From positions 62,001 to 126,000 of the forward strand of contig CDRNVI010000090.1 of assembly GCA_977017575.1 (NCBI GenBank): a DNA stretch of 64,000 nt. Reading direction: 5' to 3'. The DNA is from Paramoeba atlantica. Its lineage: Eukaryota > Protista > Discosea. Position numbers and translations under genes: made by a program. Position 1 is the stretch's first letter. Each line of letters opens with the position of its first letter. Positions 28,852-40,300 of the stretch are shown piece by piece. Under the pieces are notes generated by a model. It saw only the letters and a program-made list of their open reading frames with translations, did no database searches and was not told the origin of the DNA.

Positions 28852-29280
28852 ATGCACGCCCCTTCAGACAAACGTCATGTGTTTGGCAAGCAAAACGTCG
28901 TCCCAGATTTTCGCGGTGGGCTGCTGCCTTTAGTTGGTTATCGCATTAACGTTAATACCGACGACAACAGGAAATTCGCAGGTAAACTTGTATCTTTCGA
29001 TCGTAATGGTAACGTCGCCCTGCTCGACACTGAAGAGGATGTCACTTCAGACCCGAATTATCAGGATAAAATGCACGCAATAGTAAAGCGCAGGCAATTG
29101 TGTTATTCTCAGTCAACTGATAAAGACCATATTAGCGCGGACAACGACATTCCGAAAGATGGCGTTTATTTTAAACAAGTTGGTTTCATCATTTTAAGGG
29201 GGACATACATTCAATCAATCAGTTTAAAGAATGCGAATTATGGTCGCATCAAAACAGAAGTTCGAAACTCAGTTATATGA
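28852..29280 (+). CDS. Sm/LSm-fold protein (SmB- or LSMD1/NAA38-like)
   Basis: Sm1 motif GYRINVNTDDNRKFAGKLVSFDRNGNVAL and Sm2 motif VGFIILRGTYIQSI, separated by a long loop. Confidence 0.8.
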   Translation: MHAPSDKRHVFGKQNVVPDFRGGLLPLVGYRINVNTDDNRKFAGKLVSFDRNGNVALLDTEEDVTSDPNYQDKMHAIVKRRQLCYSQSTDKDHISADNDIPKDGVYFKQVGFIILRGTYIQSISLKNANYGRIKTEVRNSVI

Positions 29281-29648
29281 TTTGACTAGAAAAAGGATGA
29301 AACTTCCTATTCTGAACGGCTTCTTTTCGGTGTATGATTTCTAAGAATCATGCAGTTTTGAGAAGCCAATCATCGAGATTTTGAACCTCGTGTAAGAAGC
29401 ATAAAAAAGTAATTCTCCGCTTTTTGTATCACTTACTTATGGATGAGCGTGGCTTATCAATAGTTAGTTTTCAACATTTGTTTGCACTTTCTCATTATGC
29501 AAATATGTATTATACTTCGCTGAAGAATTACTGCCAATGTTCTGATATTTTTTCGCAGATTCCTGATTTGATTTCTTGCAAATATGTGGTTTGTCTACCC
29601 GCATGACGTTCTCCTAGCATCCTCACGAAGTCTTAGTATCGGGCGCTC

Positions 29649-30422
29649 ATGCTTTCTCACCAAGTGAGACTTTTGGAGCGTTTAACCATAGCCTCTAAAT
29701 CTACGTATCGGTTTTGTACACAGTCGGGTATCGAGATACACGGTTTGGTGCAGAGACCCTTTGGCATTAGTCGTGGTATCACGCGGCCTGTTGTGGTGTG
29801 GTGCGGCTCACACCCCCAGCACAACTATAGCTTTGAGCACGCTGGCCTAAGCACGTTGTGTGACACAGCTTCCTTTGCAAACTTGATTTCGTTTCGTTTT
29901 AATTACAGAGGTGTGAGTCCCAGCGGAGGTTCACGTGACACAGCTGATGTAGACCGTTTGGATGTGATTGAAGTTCTTAAAGAAGTGGTAGAGCTATATC
30001 CACAGGGTATCGTGCTCGGCGGGATAGAATATGGTGCTTTTCTTGCCGGTAGCGTGCTGAATAGTTTTCCCCTTAAACACATTCATGGGTTCATAGCAGT
30101 TAATTATCCGTTTTGTATTATCTCGAAATTTCACACACAACACGCGTTGTTCGTTTCAGTACTGCAAAATCCGGCCGTGAAAAATCTCCCCATGTTATTT
30201 GTCAGGGACAGGAAAGACACTTCTGCTCATGTGAACTCAGAGGTAACAAACTTTTTTCAGGATCCGTCTCGCACCACAAAGTGGATCGAGATAGGTAACA
30301 AGACTTCGGATCATGGTTCTTTGCCTGTAAACGAAATCATCACAAGTGTGGGACCTTGGATAGCCGAATTATGCGGTACTGATTTTAGTACCAGCACTTC
30401 ACTTTCGGGATACCGGCGATGA
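29649..30422 (+). CDS. Alpha/beta-hydrolase fold protein (COG2945-like) lacking the nucleophile Ser
   Basis: FRFNYRGVSPSGG, nucleophile elbow reading GGIEYGAFLA, and a C-terminal DH. Confidence 0.7.
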   Translation: MLSHQVRLLERLTIASKSTYRFCTQSGIEIHGLVQRPFGISRGITRPVVVWCGSHPQHNYSFEHAGLSTLCDTASFANLISFRFNYRGVSPSGGSRDTADVDRLDVIEVLKEVVELYPQGIVLGGIEYGAFLAGSVLNSFPLKHIHGFIAVNYPFCIISKFHTQHALFVSVLQNPAVKNLPMLFVRDRKDTSAHVNSEVTNFFQDPSRTTKWIEIGNKTSDHGSLPVNEIITSVGPWIAELCGTDFSTSTSLSGYRR

Positions 30423-30616
30423 TTTTGGTAAATTTTGAGAGTTTTGGTTTCTGTTCTTCTGAATCGTTGTCTGCTCTAATGAGCATGTACTTCTGTACGT
30501 TACTAGTATACAATTTTTTTTCAATAAGTCACTGTACTCCACGATAAGGGACAGAGAGAATGACTTTTTTACGAGGGATTTGCATATTTTACCTTCTTTT
30601 TTAAGATTCCCGTAAA

Positions 30617-33600
30617 ATGGATTTATACGGGCGATGCATGTCTTCTTTGGAAGACGTGTATCCTGCGGAATGTACCAATGTTGATCCCAATCTTTCGTGT
30701 GCTTTTGCGGAAGTAATCAACGAAAAAAGGAATGTTGCAAAACACTGTTCAGAGATGACAAACATGGAACTCCGACTAACATCGCTTATTGAAAACTATG
30801 CAGAAAACAATTCCACTATGCTATTCGAAAGACTACGAATTCGAGAGTCCGTTGTTAAAGATGTAGATCAAGATATTCGCCGTATGGGTGGCCTAAGATC
30901 CTATGCTATTGAGGCACGAAAAATGATTCAAAGAGAACTGAGATGCATCCCGGTAGAAAAATCATATCGAGACTGGTACTTGGCATCGCATAATACCAAG
31001 ATTTTAGAGCTCCGAAAGCGTCGAAATGAATATTTAGGTTCTTTGCGATCCTGCATAGAAAATCGAAACCATCTTTACGCCATATCTACATTTAATTTGT
31101 GGAACTCCTTGCAAAGAACTGTTGAAAAGGCAACTCGCTTGCAGATTCCTCAGGAAGTTTCTGAAGAGTTTCTTTCACAACAAAATAAGTTTGATAAACT
31201 GCGAAAAAAATGTATAGCGCAACTTCTTAAAGGACTAGATCGTACAATTTTGAAGGCCCAAGGTCTTCCAGTATCTTCCTCTGAGCGTCACTTGAAGCAC
31301 TACATTAACTGTATAAACTCACTTGGCATATCGGAATTAGGCTATCATAATGTTCTGCAGTGTGTTCAATCACATGTAGAGGATCTCCTAAGCTCTTTTC
31401 TCCCGGATATCAAAACATGTTTGAGCACTTCTGACTGTTCGGGCGATTTTCTTTCCTTTCCGTGGACGAAACTGCAAAGTGTGTTAATCCGTTGCTTCAG
31501 TCGAACACTTGTTTTTCTAAACAACGTGTGTATGTTTCACGACATATTTATTGAAATAGCATTGCCACATTTCAGAATCGGTTCGAATAAATACGCCAGG
31601 GAGGGACATGTAGGCTTGCGGTACGATAGTTCATGTCCACAGTACAAGCCCATTGGTTTATCTTTCGATGGAGAAGAGAGTAATTCACATGTCAGCCAAT
31701 TAAAGCCCACAGAGATGCGCTGTAGTGAACCCTCAATAGTGAACATTGAACTTAGAAAGGCATTGCAAAAAGAAATTGGACGAGAGATGGAGGATAATGC
31801 ATCAAATCATGATAAGCATGATCCTCACATAATTTCCATTCTTCGCAGGTTGGTTGACTTTCTAGATGAATACGATTCATATCATCAGGCCGAGACTCTT
31901 GATATTGACGTCGATTCGTCCTATCTGTTGTCGAATGCGTATCCCGTTTTCCACTCTGCCGCACCTTACGCACAATTAGAATCTGTGATTAAGAGACTTT
32001 CTAGCGAAGAAGTGCATCACGAGTCCCAGTTTATAGATGAAAGTAATGTTCTAAGAAAGCCTTATGAGGCCCCTTTAGCTATATTAAGGAATGCTACGAG
32101 CGTTGCGACGAATGATTTAGTGAGAGCAAAGCAATTTCAACTACGAAGTTTCCTTTTAGAAGCCCAACAAAAATGTATTACACTGATACAAGGGCTAGCG
32201 GACGCCCCTATATACGGAACATGTCGAAGTAAGGATTTAGAAAAAGGGAAAAATGTTACTTGTGTTGAGACAAGGACTGCTACCGATGCATCTGATCTCA
32301 GCGAAACCACATATAACGTAGATGCATCATTTGGCACGCTAAGAAAAGAGTTGGCTAATATTCACGTGGATATGATACCGAATTTCTTGATCTCTAGTAA
32401 GACGCTTTCAATGCTAGAAGAAACAGGAATTGAAAAAAATTCTGTAACTTCTACGAGCAAACAATCGCGCTGTGAAAAAGATGCATTCTTGGATGCACCA
32501 AACAAGCTATGCGTGACGAGCCACATGACTTTGCCTTATATCTATTTACCACTTGCTCAGTTTAGTACTAAACTAAATGGTCTTATTTCCAAGTACGCTA
32601 GACTGTCTGAGCCGATAGTACCTCATGAGACTACTTTCTCATCATTCTTATCTCAATCGCGTGTGACCATATTGAAGCAGACACTTCCCAGCATGTATGC
32701 ACACATACTGCAACGCCTAAAAATTGCTTTGGATCACAATGCCGAAGACTTTTCCATCAGAAACGTCAAAATTTTGCGATTCCAAGTACCAGAAGACAAC
32801 AACAATCCTCTCTTCCTATTAGGAGGTACTGACTACGTGCTAGACCAAAGTTCCTGTGAGCTCGTGCGAATTCAGAATTACTGCCTCGAGTTAGCGTTAC
32901 AAATACCTTTTTGCTTTTCAGTGATGTGTAAAATTCTTTTCTCTTTGTATACTGTTTGGATAGATTATTTGTGTGGCGTCTTGAGGAGTAAGGTTCGGGA
33001 GGTGGGCCTTCCGCGCTCTCTTTTTCTCGAGCTTTCAAGCGAGCATAATGATGAACATGGTGAGCATCCTGATGACGAGTCAGTATTAAAAGTTTTTCTT
33101 TTGAACGTTTTGGGGCAGAATAGCCGAAAGTGTGGAACCGAATACACACAGTTACCGCTGTCAACTGTTCACATCTTATTGAGGTTCACTTTCTCCATTG
33201 GTCTAATGGATAATGCGTTGCGCAACATAGAGATGGCGGGAACGAACGAGATTCTTCTCTCTCGCGGGCAAGAGTCGAATTTAGAACTCACTGATTTATG
33301 TGCATTAACAAGTCGCTCTGTACTTACCGCAGAAAGCACTTCCGAAAAAAGCTTCTGCCATTTGTATAAAAGAATGCGCAGAATTAAAAGGTTTTGCTTA
33401 GCTGTCCTTGCCCTAGATTTGCGACTCTTTGCTTTTCACGTCTTGGTGAGTTCACAACACTGGACATGTGCGCTACTTAGATCCGAAATAGGACCGAGGT
33501 GCCAGTCCATGTTGCACATTCTATTACCACAACAGATTGACCTTATTTTACTTGATTTTCATGAGTATGTATTAGAACTCTTTTCTAATACGTACAGCGG

Positions 33601-33745
33601 GTCCGGTGTTATACCTGTGTCAATGAACAGCCAAGGACATTTTCTTTATTCGCTTATTCACCGCAAACAGCTTTCTAGTACTTTACTTGACGTAGTCTCA
33701 CATACATTTCCTTCTTCATCAAAGAGAATCATATTTGGAAATTAG
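30617..33745 (+). CDS. SEC8: Exocyst complex component Sec8/EXOC4-like
   Basis: N-terminal CATCHR-type coiled coil (LTSLIENYAENNS...ARKMI); C-terminal RFCLAVLALDLRLFAFHVL resembles the EXOC4 motif CLLVLHLEVRVHCFHYL; 1042 aa. Confidence 0.6.
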   Translation: MDLYGRCMSSLEDVYPAECTNVDPNLSCAFAEVINEKRNVAKHCSEMTNMELRLTSLIENYAENNSTMLFERLRIRESVVKDVDQDIRRMGGLRSYAIEARKMIQRELRCIPVEKSYRDWYLASHNTKILELRKRRNEYLGSLRSCIENRNHLYAISTFNLWNSLQRTVEKATRLQIPQEVSEEFLSQQNKFDKLRKKCIAQLLKGLDRTILKAQGLPVSSSERHLKHYINCINSLGISELGYHNVLQCVQSHVEDLLSSFLPDIKTCLSTSDCSGDFLSFPWTKLQSVLIRCFSRTLVFLNNVCMFHDIFIEIALPHFRIGSNKYAREGHVGLRYDSSCPQYKPIGLSFDGEESNSHVSQLKPTEMRCSEPSIVNIELRKALQKEIGREMEDNASNHDKHDPHIISILRRLVDFLDEYDSYHQAETLDIDVDSSYLLSNAYPVFHSAAPYAQLESVIKRLSSEEVHHESQFIDESNVLRKPYEAPLAILRNATSVATNDLVRAKQFQLRSFLLEAQQKCITLIQGLADAPIYGTCRSKDLEKGKNVTCVETRTATDASDLSETTYNVDASFGTLRKELANIHVDMIPNFLISSKTLSMLEETGIEKNSVTSTSKQSRCEKDAFLDAPNKLCVTSHMTLPYIYLPLAQFSTKLNGLISKYARLSEPIVPHETTFSSFLSQSRVTILKQTLPSMYAHILQRLKIALDHNAEDFSIRNVKILRFQVPEDNNNPLFLLGGTDYVLDQSSCELVRIQNYCLELALQIPFCFSVMCKILFSLYTVWIDYLCGVLRSKVREVGLPRSLFLELSSEHNDEHGEHPDDESVLKVFLLNVLGQNSRKCGTEYTQLPLSTVHILLRFTFSIGLMDNALRNIEMAGTNEILLSRGQESNLELTDLCALTSRSVLTAESTSEKSFCHLYKRMRRIKRFCLAVLALDLRLFAFHVLVSSQHWTCALLRSEIGPRCQSMLHILLPQQIDLILLDFHEYVLELFSNTYSGSGVIPVSMNSQGHFLYSLIHRKQLSSTLLDVVSHTFPSSSKRIIFGN

Positions 33746-33960
33746 AGTATAACATACTGTGTATTTCTTCTTTTTTTGTTCGCGGATGCACTAAATAACA
33801 TCTTACAAAAAACCGTTCTACCCTGGATGTGCCGTAGGAACTAATATTTGACGAAAAGTTCATTCTTTTCAAAAATCGTGTCAATATTTCTTGGAATGTT
33901 TTTAGTTTTAAAAACTTCTAGGACCATTTTAAGCGTCTCGGGACGCATATCCCACAATTA

Positions 33961-34283
33961 CCATCTTCCCCCCTATTTAGCGGGGGTCGCGCGAAAGGGG
34001 GTGATCGCCAGGCGATCAAGTCCATCTCTAAAAAGAGAATCTACAAAAAATAGAGATCGTCCAGCGAATGGCAGCAATAAAGTGCAATAAAACAAACACA
34101 AGGCCCAACACAACGCCAAGATTAGCAAAAAAGCATTTCGGAGGACCAGTCAGACATTCTGAGAGAAAAGAAGCGGTCAGCGAAGTGACGCAATTTTTTT
34201 AGATCCCCCCTTATAAAACACCCCCCACCCCTTTAATATGCACATACGCCAAAAATGTGGGCATATTAAAGGGGGGGTCACAG
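33961..34283. mobile_element. Degenerate pogo-type terminus or MITE
   Basis: Right end ATTAAAGGGGGGGTCACAG|TA with a perfect 14-bp subterminal inverted pair (34228-34241 / 34261-34274). The possible left end TA|CCATCTTCCCCCCTATTTAG matches poorly. Confidence 0.45.
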
Positions 34284-34460
34284 TATGGTTAATTTTTAAA
34301 AACGTTTTCCTTTTGTATTTTTGAGAGTTTGGGACCTCCACTCGCCTGCCACGATGCTTTTTCGCGCGATTATCAGTTACAAGTTTTGTATGCTTCGTCT
34401 TTGATGATGCTATCATATCTTTTAAGATAGAGTATTTTTAGGATGTAACTAACTTGCGCA

Positions 34461-34480
34461 ACTAACTTCGTCTTTTATAG
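34461..34480 (+). promoter_or_regulatory. Putative trans-splice acceptor (branch-like ACTAAC, pyrimidine tract, TAG)
   Basis: ACTAACTTCGTCTTTTATAG ends 21 nt upstream of the ATG at 34502. Confidence 0.45.
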
Positions 34481-34501
34481 AACTCACACTACATCACTTG
34501 C

Positions 34502-36733
34502 ATGAGTACGGCTTTTGCTCAGGAGAAGCAAAACCTTATCGCGCCACGAATAGTACCTCTTTCAGATCTTATTCCAGACGAAATGACTTTACACTCAGAC
34601 CTGGAGAAAATTTCGCCTATGTTTCGATTCACAGAACCCGTAACGTCAGCTTCTAAATGCTTTGCAAAGAACTCCGTAGAAAATGATATCTGCAAGGTTT
34701 CCGGTCTAGCGATTGACGAAATCCTTCAAGATTGCGGGCCTGCTTCCCACAATAAGGTAATCGCTCCCACTATGGACTCTTATGTTCTTGAAAATCCATT
34801 GGGAAAAGCTCCGCGAAGAGTCCTTGGATGTCGTTGCTTCTACAAATTTTGTGATGGAAAAGTACTCACTGTTCAGGTAGTCCTTAGAAATATCTTACCT
34901 AGGATGACCCATAATCGAGAAAAGACACAGGAATCGCTTCACTTAATCCCACTTACAAGGCTTACCACGGTGGGAGATGTTAAGAAGTTCATCGCAAGAT
35001 GCACAAAAGTTTCAGAAAATTTTATCTTGCTTCAGTACGAAAGTGCAATGATTGAAGACGCGCAAATTTTAGTTGAAATAGGTGTGCGTCCGCTCCATTG
35101 TCTGACCGCATATTTAGCTCACCGAATTTTGTTGCGCCTGGATTATCTGCCTAATCACAACATGGAGCGCACGTCACGGAATCGTATGATACATTTACTC
35201 GACGCTATTCACACTGCCAAATCTGTGCTCCGCGAAGGGGAAACACTTCTTAAAAACTGCATAGTGGAATCTGATTCCAGAAAAAATAACCGTTTGGTCA
35301 CTCAGCTTGACGCTCTTGTTTGTGACCCGTTATGTGGCAGCCCGATCCCACCACTCCGACCCTGCACTGTTGCCCCAATAGAGGTTCTTCCTTCTCATAA
35401 CAAAGGTTTGACAACAATCTCACCACAAAGCGATGATTCCAACAAGGCGGCACGCTGCCTGCACGCTGCGCCAAAGGGCAAGCATGAAGACAACTTGGCT
35501 GAACGAGTGCCAACTACTCAGAATTCGATGTCACCGTCATGTTACGTGGAGTCTTCTAAGATGTCGACCTGGTTACAGAAGGAAACGAATGATGTCACCG
35601 GAGAGGAGCGCTTGTTGCAAGGAGCTGGAGTTTTTCGGAATTTATCAGTGCATCGAAAATATCAAACATTACTGGCATCCTACCGGTTTCTTGAACAAGA
35701 TACCCGAAGCTTTAAAAGCAGCAATGCAGCATTTATTCGCGTTTTGGTTGATATGGCATCTTGTATACTTGAGGCGGATCATTTTGATCACCTTTTCAAA
35801 ATTTGCGCGGAGCTGCAAGGTAGAATACGACGCGAATTCAGTGATGTTGGTAGAAAGTTGCAAGACATGGTTCAAGAAAACTTTTTTGACGCAAAAAGTA
35901 CGATTAGCAATGCTTACAGCACGGCCCAAGACATGAAGGGCTCATCAAAGCATCCTAGCTTTCTGTTGTTATCCTGGATACAGTGTTACCACGATCTTAG
36001 TCGGTGCTATCTCAAGGAATCGGGGGGCTACATTACTTGTGAGATAGTACGCAAGCATAACGAGGCAGTCCATTTCCTTATTGAGTCGTACGATTTTCTG
36101 CTATCTCCAGTTGAAAGTGTTCGTGCGCTTTTGGTTTGTTCTGTTCACGCAGCAATGGTGTGGAGACCACGCCTTTTTGCATCGTCAATATGGCGAGCGC
36201 TAAGATTATCTTTATTTTACGAGTCGAAAGGGAAATTGGAAAAAGCTAACGAGTCACTGGCTTATGTTTTAACGGCAAGTTTATGTCTGGAAATTTGCTT
36301 TTCGTGTGACTTTATCGAGGGCACCGCCACAAAAATAATGCAAAGCTTATGGCAAGAAACCTTGAATTCACAGTCATTAGCGAAAGAAGGATTACTTTCT
36401 CTTCCAATTTCGTCATCCAAGGTAAAGTGTCTTACCAATACAGCGAAGGAAAGTACACAGAAAGTACATGATAGCGCAGTTGCTTGCATCAATCTGACTG
36501 CAGACTTGTTTTCACATCATTCTATTTCAGAAATTTATAAATACGCGTCAGAAGATAAATTGTGCGTTCAACTTGCAATCGCCGTAGGAAACTGCTTTAG
36601 AAAGAACGTCTGTACTGCAGTCAGTGAATTTTCTACACTTTGGTCGATATACAAGGATATTCCGAATGCTAAATTAATTGATGGAAGCATACTTGCACGA
36701 GATTTACTTCGATCCATGGCAAAACCGTGTTGA
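34502..36733 (+). CDS. Uncharacterised 743-aa protein with a possible ubiquitin-like domain
   Basis: Long ORF; TTVGDVKKFIARCTKVSENFILLQYESAMIEDAQILVEIGV resembles the UBL fold pattern. Confidence 0.55.
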   Translation: MSTAFAQEKQNLIAPRIVPLSDLIPDEMTLHSDLEKISPMFRFTEPVTSASKCFAKNSVENDICKVSGLAIDEILQDCGPASHNKVIAPTMDSYVLENPLGKAPRRVLGCRCFYKFCDGKVLTVQVVLRNILPRMTHNREKTQESLHLIPLTRLTTVGDVKKFIARCTKVSENFILLQYESAMIEDAQILVEIGVRPLHCLTAYLAHRILLRLDYLPNHNMERTSRNRMIHLLDAIHTAKSVLREGETLLKNCIVESDSRKNNRLVTQLDALVCDPLCGSPIPPLRPCTVAPIEVLPSHNKGLTTISPQSDDSNKAARCLHAAPKGKHEDNLAERVPTTQNSMSPSCYVESSKMSTWLQKETNDVTGEERLLQGAGVFRNLSVHRKYQTLLASYRFLEQDTRSFKSSNAAFIRVLVDMASCILEADHFDHLFKICAELQGRIRREFSDVGRKLQDMVQENFFDAKSTISNAYSTAQDMKGSSKHPSFLLLSWIQCYHDLSRCYLKESGGYITCEIVRKHNEAVHFLIESYDFLLSPVESVRALLVCSVHAAMVWRPRLFASSIWRALRLSLFYESKGKLEKANESLAYVLTASLCLEICFSCDFIEGTATKIMQSLWQETLNSQSLAKEGLLSLPISSSKVKCLTNTAKESTQKVHDSAVACINLTADLFSHHSISEIYKYASEDKLCVQLAIAVGNCFRKNVCTAVSEFSTLWSIYKDIPNAKLIDGSILARDLLRSMAKPC

Positions 36734-37351
36734 GATTAACGATAAAATGTCATTCAAAGTAAATTGGGTTCATTGATTTCAAAATTCACCTTGCGAATGA
36801 TACTCCCTTGACCTTTTGAGAATGGGTAAGAAGACTTTCTTCTTGTGAAAAGCTTCGCCCTTTATGTTCACTTGAAATTTTTGCTTTTCTTTCTATAATA
36901 TCTTTTTACTTGCTTCATTTATGTTTTGCTTGCCTCGTTTCCATCTTTTTTAGAAGCGCTACGTATAAAAATATTTTTCCTGTCTATCCGTTCACCTACC
37001 ATTTTCTATTTTTTTCTCTATTTTCGGAGACGTAGGAGGGGTTCTCACTTTATTTAAGATTTGTTCAATAACGAATTTTACTGATAAAGAATCTTGTAGG
37101 TTCAAAAGATCATAACTAATTTACAGTATCTGAAATATACTAGCTACGAAAGTCAGATTCTAGATGTTGTTACACAATCACTCAATTCAATTCACTGGAT
37201 GTAAGTCCATATCAGTCAATGAGTGTGCGTACGAGTACTGCATTAGCACTCCTGTGTAGTAGGAGTTAGAATGTATGCCTTTTCTAAAAAACCAAAATCT
37301 TAGCACGATTTATTATCTGTATTTCTAGATTTTCTGTCTTTATTTTGTTCA

Positions 37352-40300
37352 ATGGAAGCCGCAGAACCTGTTGTTGCCCCATCGAGTAGAAAAAAGACGC
37401 TTGAACAAACCTATCAAAAGAAAACACAGCATGAGCATATTCTTGCTCGGCCTGAGATGTACATCGGGAGCTGTGAACGGATAGTCGATGAGGTTTGGAT
37501 TTATGACGAAGTTACAGGGAGTATGATTCAGCGGAAATGTTCGTGGATTCCTGGCTTGTACAAAATATTTGATGAAATATTGGTGAACAGTGCAGACAAC
37601 AAGATTCGCGACCCGAAGGGACAAACGCAAGTTCAAGTTGATATTGATCGTGAGACAGGTCGAGTTCGTGTTTGGAACAATGGAGAGGGCATTCCGGTAA
37701 AGAAGCACAAGGAGCATAACCTTTGGATTCCGGAAATGATTTTCGGTCATCTCTTGACTTCGTCGAACTACGATGATGAGGAAATGAAAGTGACCGGGGG
37801 ACGTAATGGATTCGGTGCTAAACTTACGAATGTTTTCTCACGAAAGTTTGTTGTAGAAACTTCTCATCATGCTAGTAGACGTCGTTTTAAAATGACGTGG
37901 AAGAACAATATGACGCAACACGAGGAGAGTCACATAGAACCCGATTCGGGTGAAGATTTTACCTGCGTTACTTTCTGGCCTGATTTTTCTAAATTTGGCA
38001 TGGAGAGTATGGAAAACGATATCTATGACATCATGTGTCGGCGGGTATACGATCTTGCAGGAGTTACGGACCCCTCCTTGCGAGTACGATTGAACGGAAC
38101 TATGCTAAAAATACGAAACTTTGCATCTTACGTTGATTTATACCCTACTTTCGGCGAGGAAAAAAATGACAAAAGTTTTTCCAAGATTAATGATCGATGG
38201 GAAGTTTGCGTTCGCATAAGCAATATTGGATATCAACAAGTAAGTTTCGTGAACAGTATAGCAACATCACGCGGAGGCAATCACGTAAAATATATAGTAG
38301 ACCAGATTGTAGAAAAGGTGATTGAGAGCGCAAAGAAAAAAGCGAAGGGTACTGAAGTAAAGGCGCATATGATTAAACCGCATATTTTCGTGTTCATTAA
38401 CTGTCTAATTGTGAACCCCTCGTTCGACTCACAAACAAAAGAAACGCTTAACACAACGAAACCCAACTTTGGATCCAAGTGTGTGCTTCCGAACAGCATG
38501 GTGGATTACATTCTAAAGGCCGGTCTCCTAAACAGGAGTGTCGAGGCGGCCAATAGCAAACTCACAAAGCAGATGGCAGCGAAGGCAAGGGCAGGAAGTG
38601 GACGAGTCACTGGCATCCCGAAACTTGAGGACGCAAACGACGCAGGGGGCAAGCACTCTGGAGATTGCACACTCATTCTCACCGAGGGTGACAGCGCCAA
38701 AGCCTTGGCAGTCAGTGGCCTAGGAACTATTGGTCGTGACAAATTCGGAGTTTTCCCTTTGCGAGGAAAACCTTTAAACGTTCGCGACGCAGGTATGAAA
38801 AAGGTTATGGGATGTGAAGAGATCCAGGCCATTATGAAAATTATGGGAATAAAGATCGGGACGCAATATACAAGCGCAGACGGTCTTCGTTATGGTCATA
38901 TCATGGTTATGTCAGATCAAGACCAGGATGGCAGCCATATCAAAGGTTTGATCGTGAACTTTATTCACTCTTTTTGGCCCTCTCTTGCGCGACTTCCTGG
39001 TTTTCTCACTCAATTCATTACCCCGATTGTCAAAGCTTTCGCTAAAAGATCGGGCGAAGTGAAGAGCTTCTTTGCATTGAACGCCTTTCTTGAGTGGAGG
39101 AGGAGTCTGAGCGACGTCGAAAAGAAAAATTGGACCTTCAAGTACTACAAAGGTTTAGGTACAAGCACCTCTAAAGAGGGTAAAGAATACTTTTCAAACC
39201 TCCGTGACCACAAAATTGATTTTCTCTATGTGCCCGATGGAGAGGACGACAAACAAATTGTGCTTGCTTTCGGAAAAGACAAGGCTGATGAGCGAAAGAG
39301 GTGGATACAAGATTACAAGGCGAGCTCACAAGAGCAACTCGACTATAGAATAAAACGGATGAGATACAAGGATTTCATTGACAAAGAACTCATCCAGTTT
39401 TCGATTGCGGACTGTGAGAGATCGATTCCATCCCTTGTAGACGGGTTGAAACCTGGGCAACGCAAAATATTGTACTGCTGCTTCAAAAGAAACCTGAGAA
39501 GTTCCATAAAAGTGGCTCAACTTGCCGGGTACGTCTCCGAGCACGCGGCTTATCATCATGGTGAGGCATCCTTGCAGGCAACTATAGTTGGTTTAGCACA
39601 GGATTATGTTGGAGCGAACAACGTACCTCTGTTGTTTCCCGACGGGCAGTTTGGTACTCGCTTGCAAGGAGGCAAGGACTGTGCCTCAGCTCGTTACATT
39701 TTCACTCGATTGTGCGGAGCTGCTCGTCTCTTGTATCCGAAAACAGATGATGACCTGCTTGAATACAAGGACGACGATGGATTTCCAGTAGAGCCTCATC
39801 ACTACGTACCGATTCTCCCGGTGGTACTCATCAACGGCACCACAGGAATCGGAACTGGTTTCGCCACCAGTATTCCCAACCATAACCCCTGGGACGTTTT
39901 GCAGAATATTCGCAACCTCATGGCAGGGAGGGATCTAATCCCCATGGTGCCGTGGTACTACGGCTTTCAAGGCACTATCGTGGAGCGGGAGCCCGGAAAA
40001 TATAACTCAGTGGGGACGTACCGCGTCACGAATGACATGTTGGTTCAGGTTCGGGAGCTACCGATTGGGTACTGGACAGGACAGTACAAGCAGCATCTTG
40101 AGGAGCTGATGCAAAAAGAGTTTGTTTTGACATTTCGGGAACACCACACCGATACAACTGTAGACTTTGATATTGTTCTGCACCCCGAGGTGTTACGTAC
40201 TTGGGCAGAAAAAGGTATTCTGGAGGAACGCCTCGATCTGCGCGGCTCAATTCCCGCATCTAATCTAATGTGTTTTGACGAGAACGGAAAACTAACAAAG

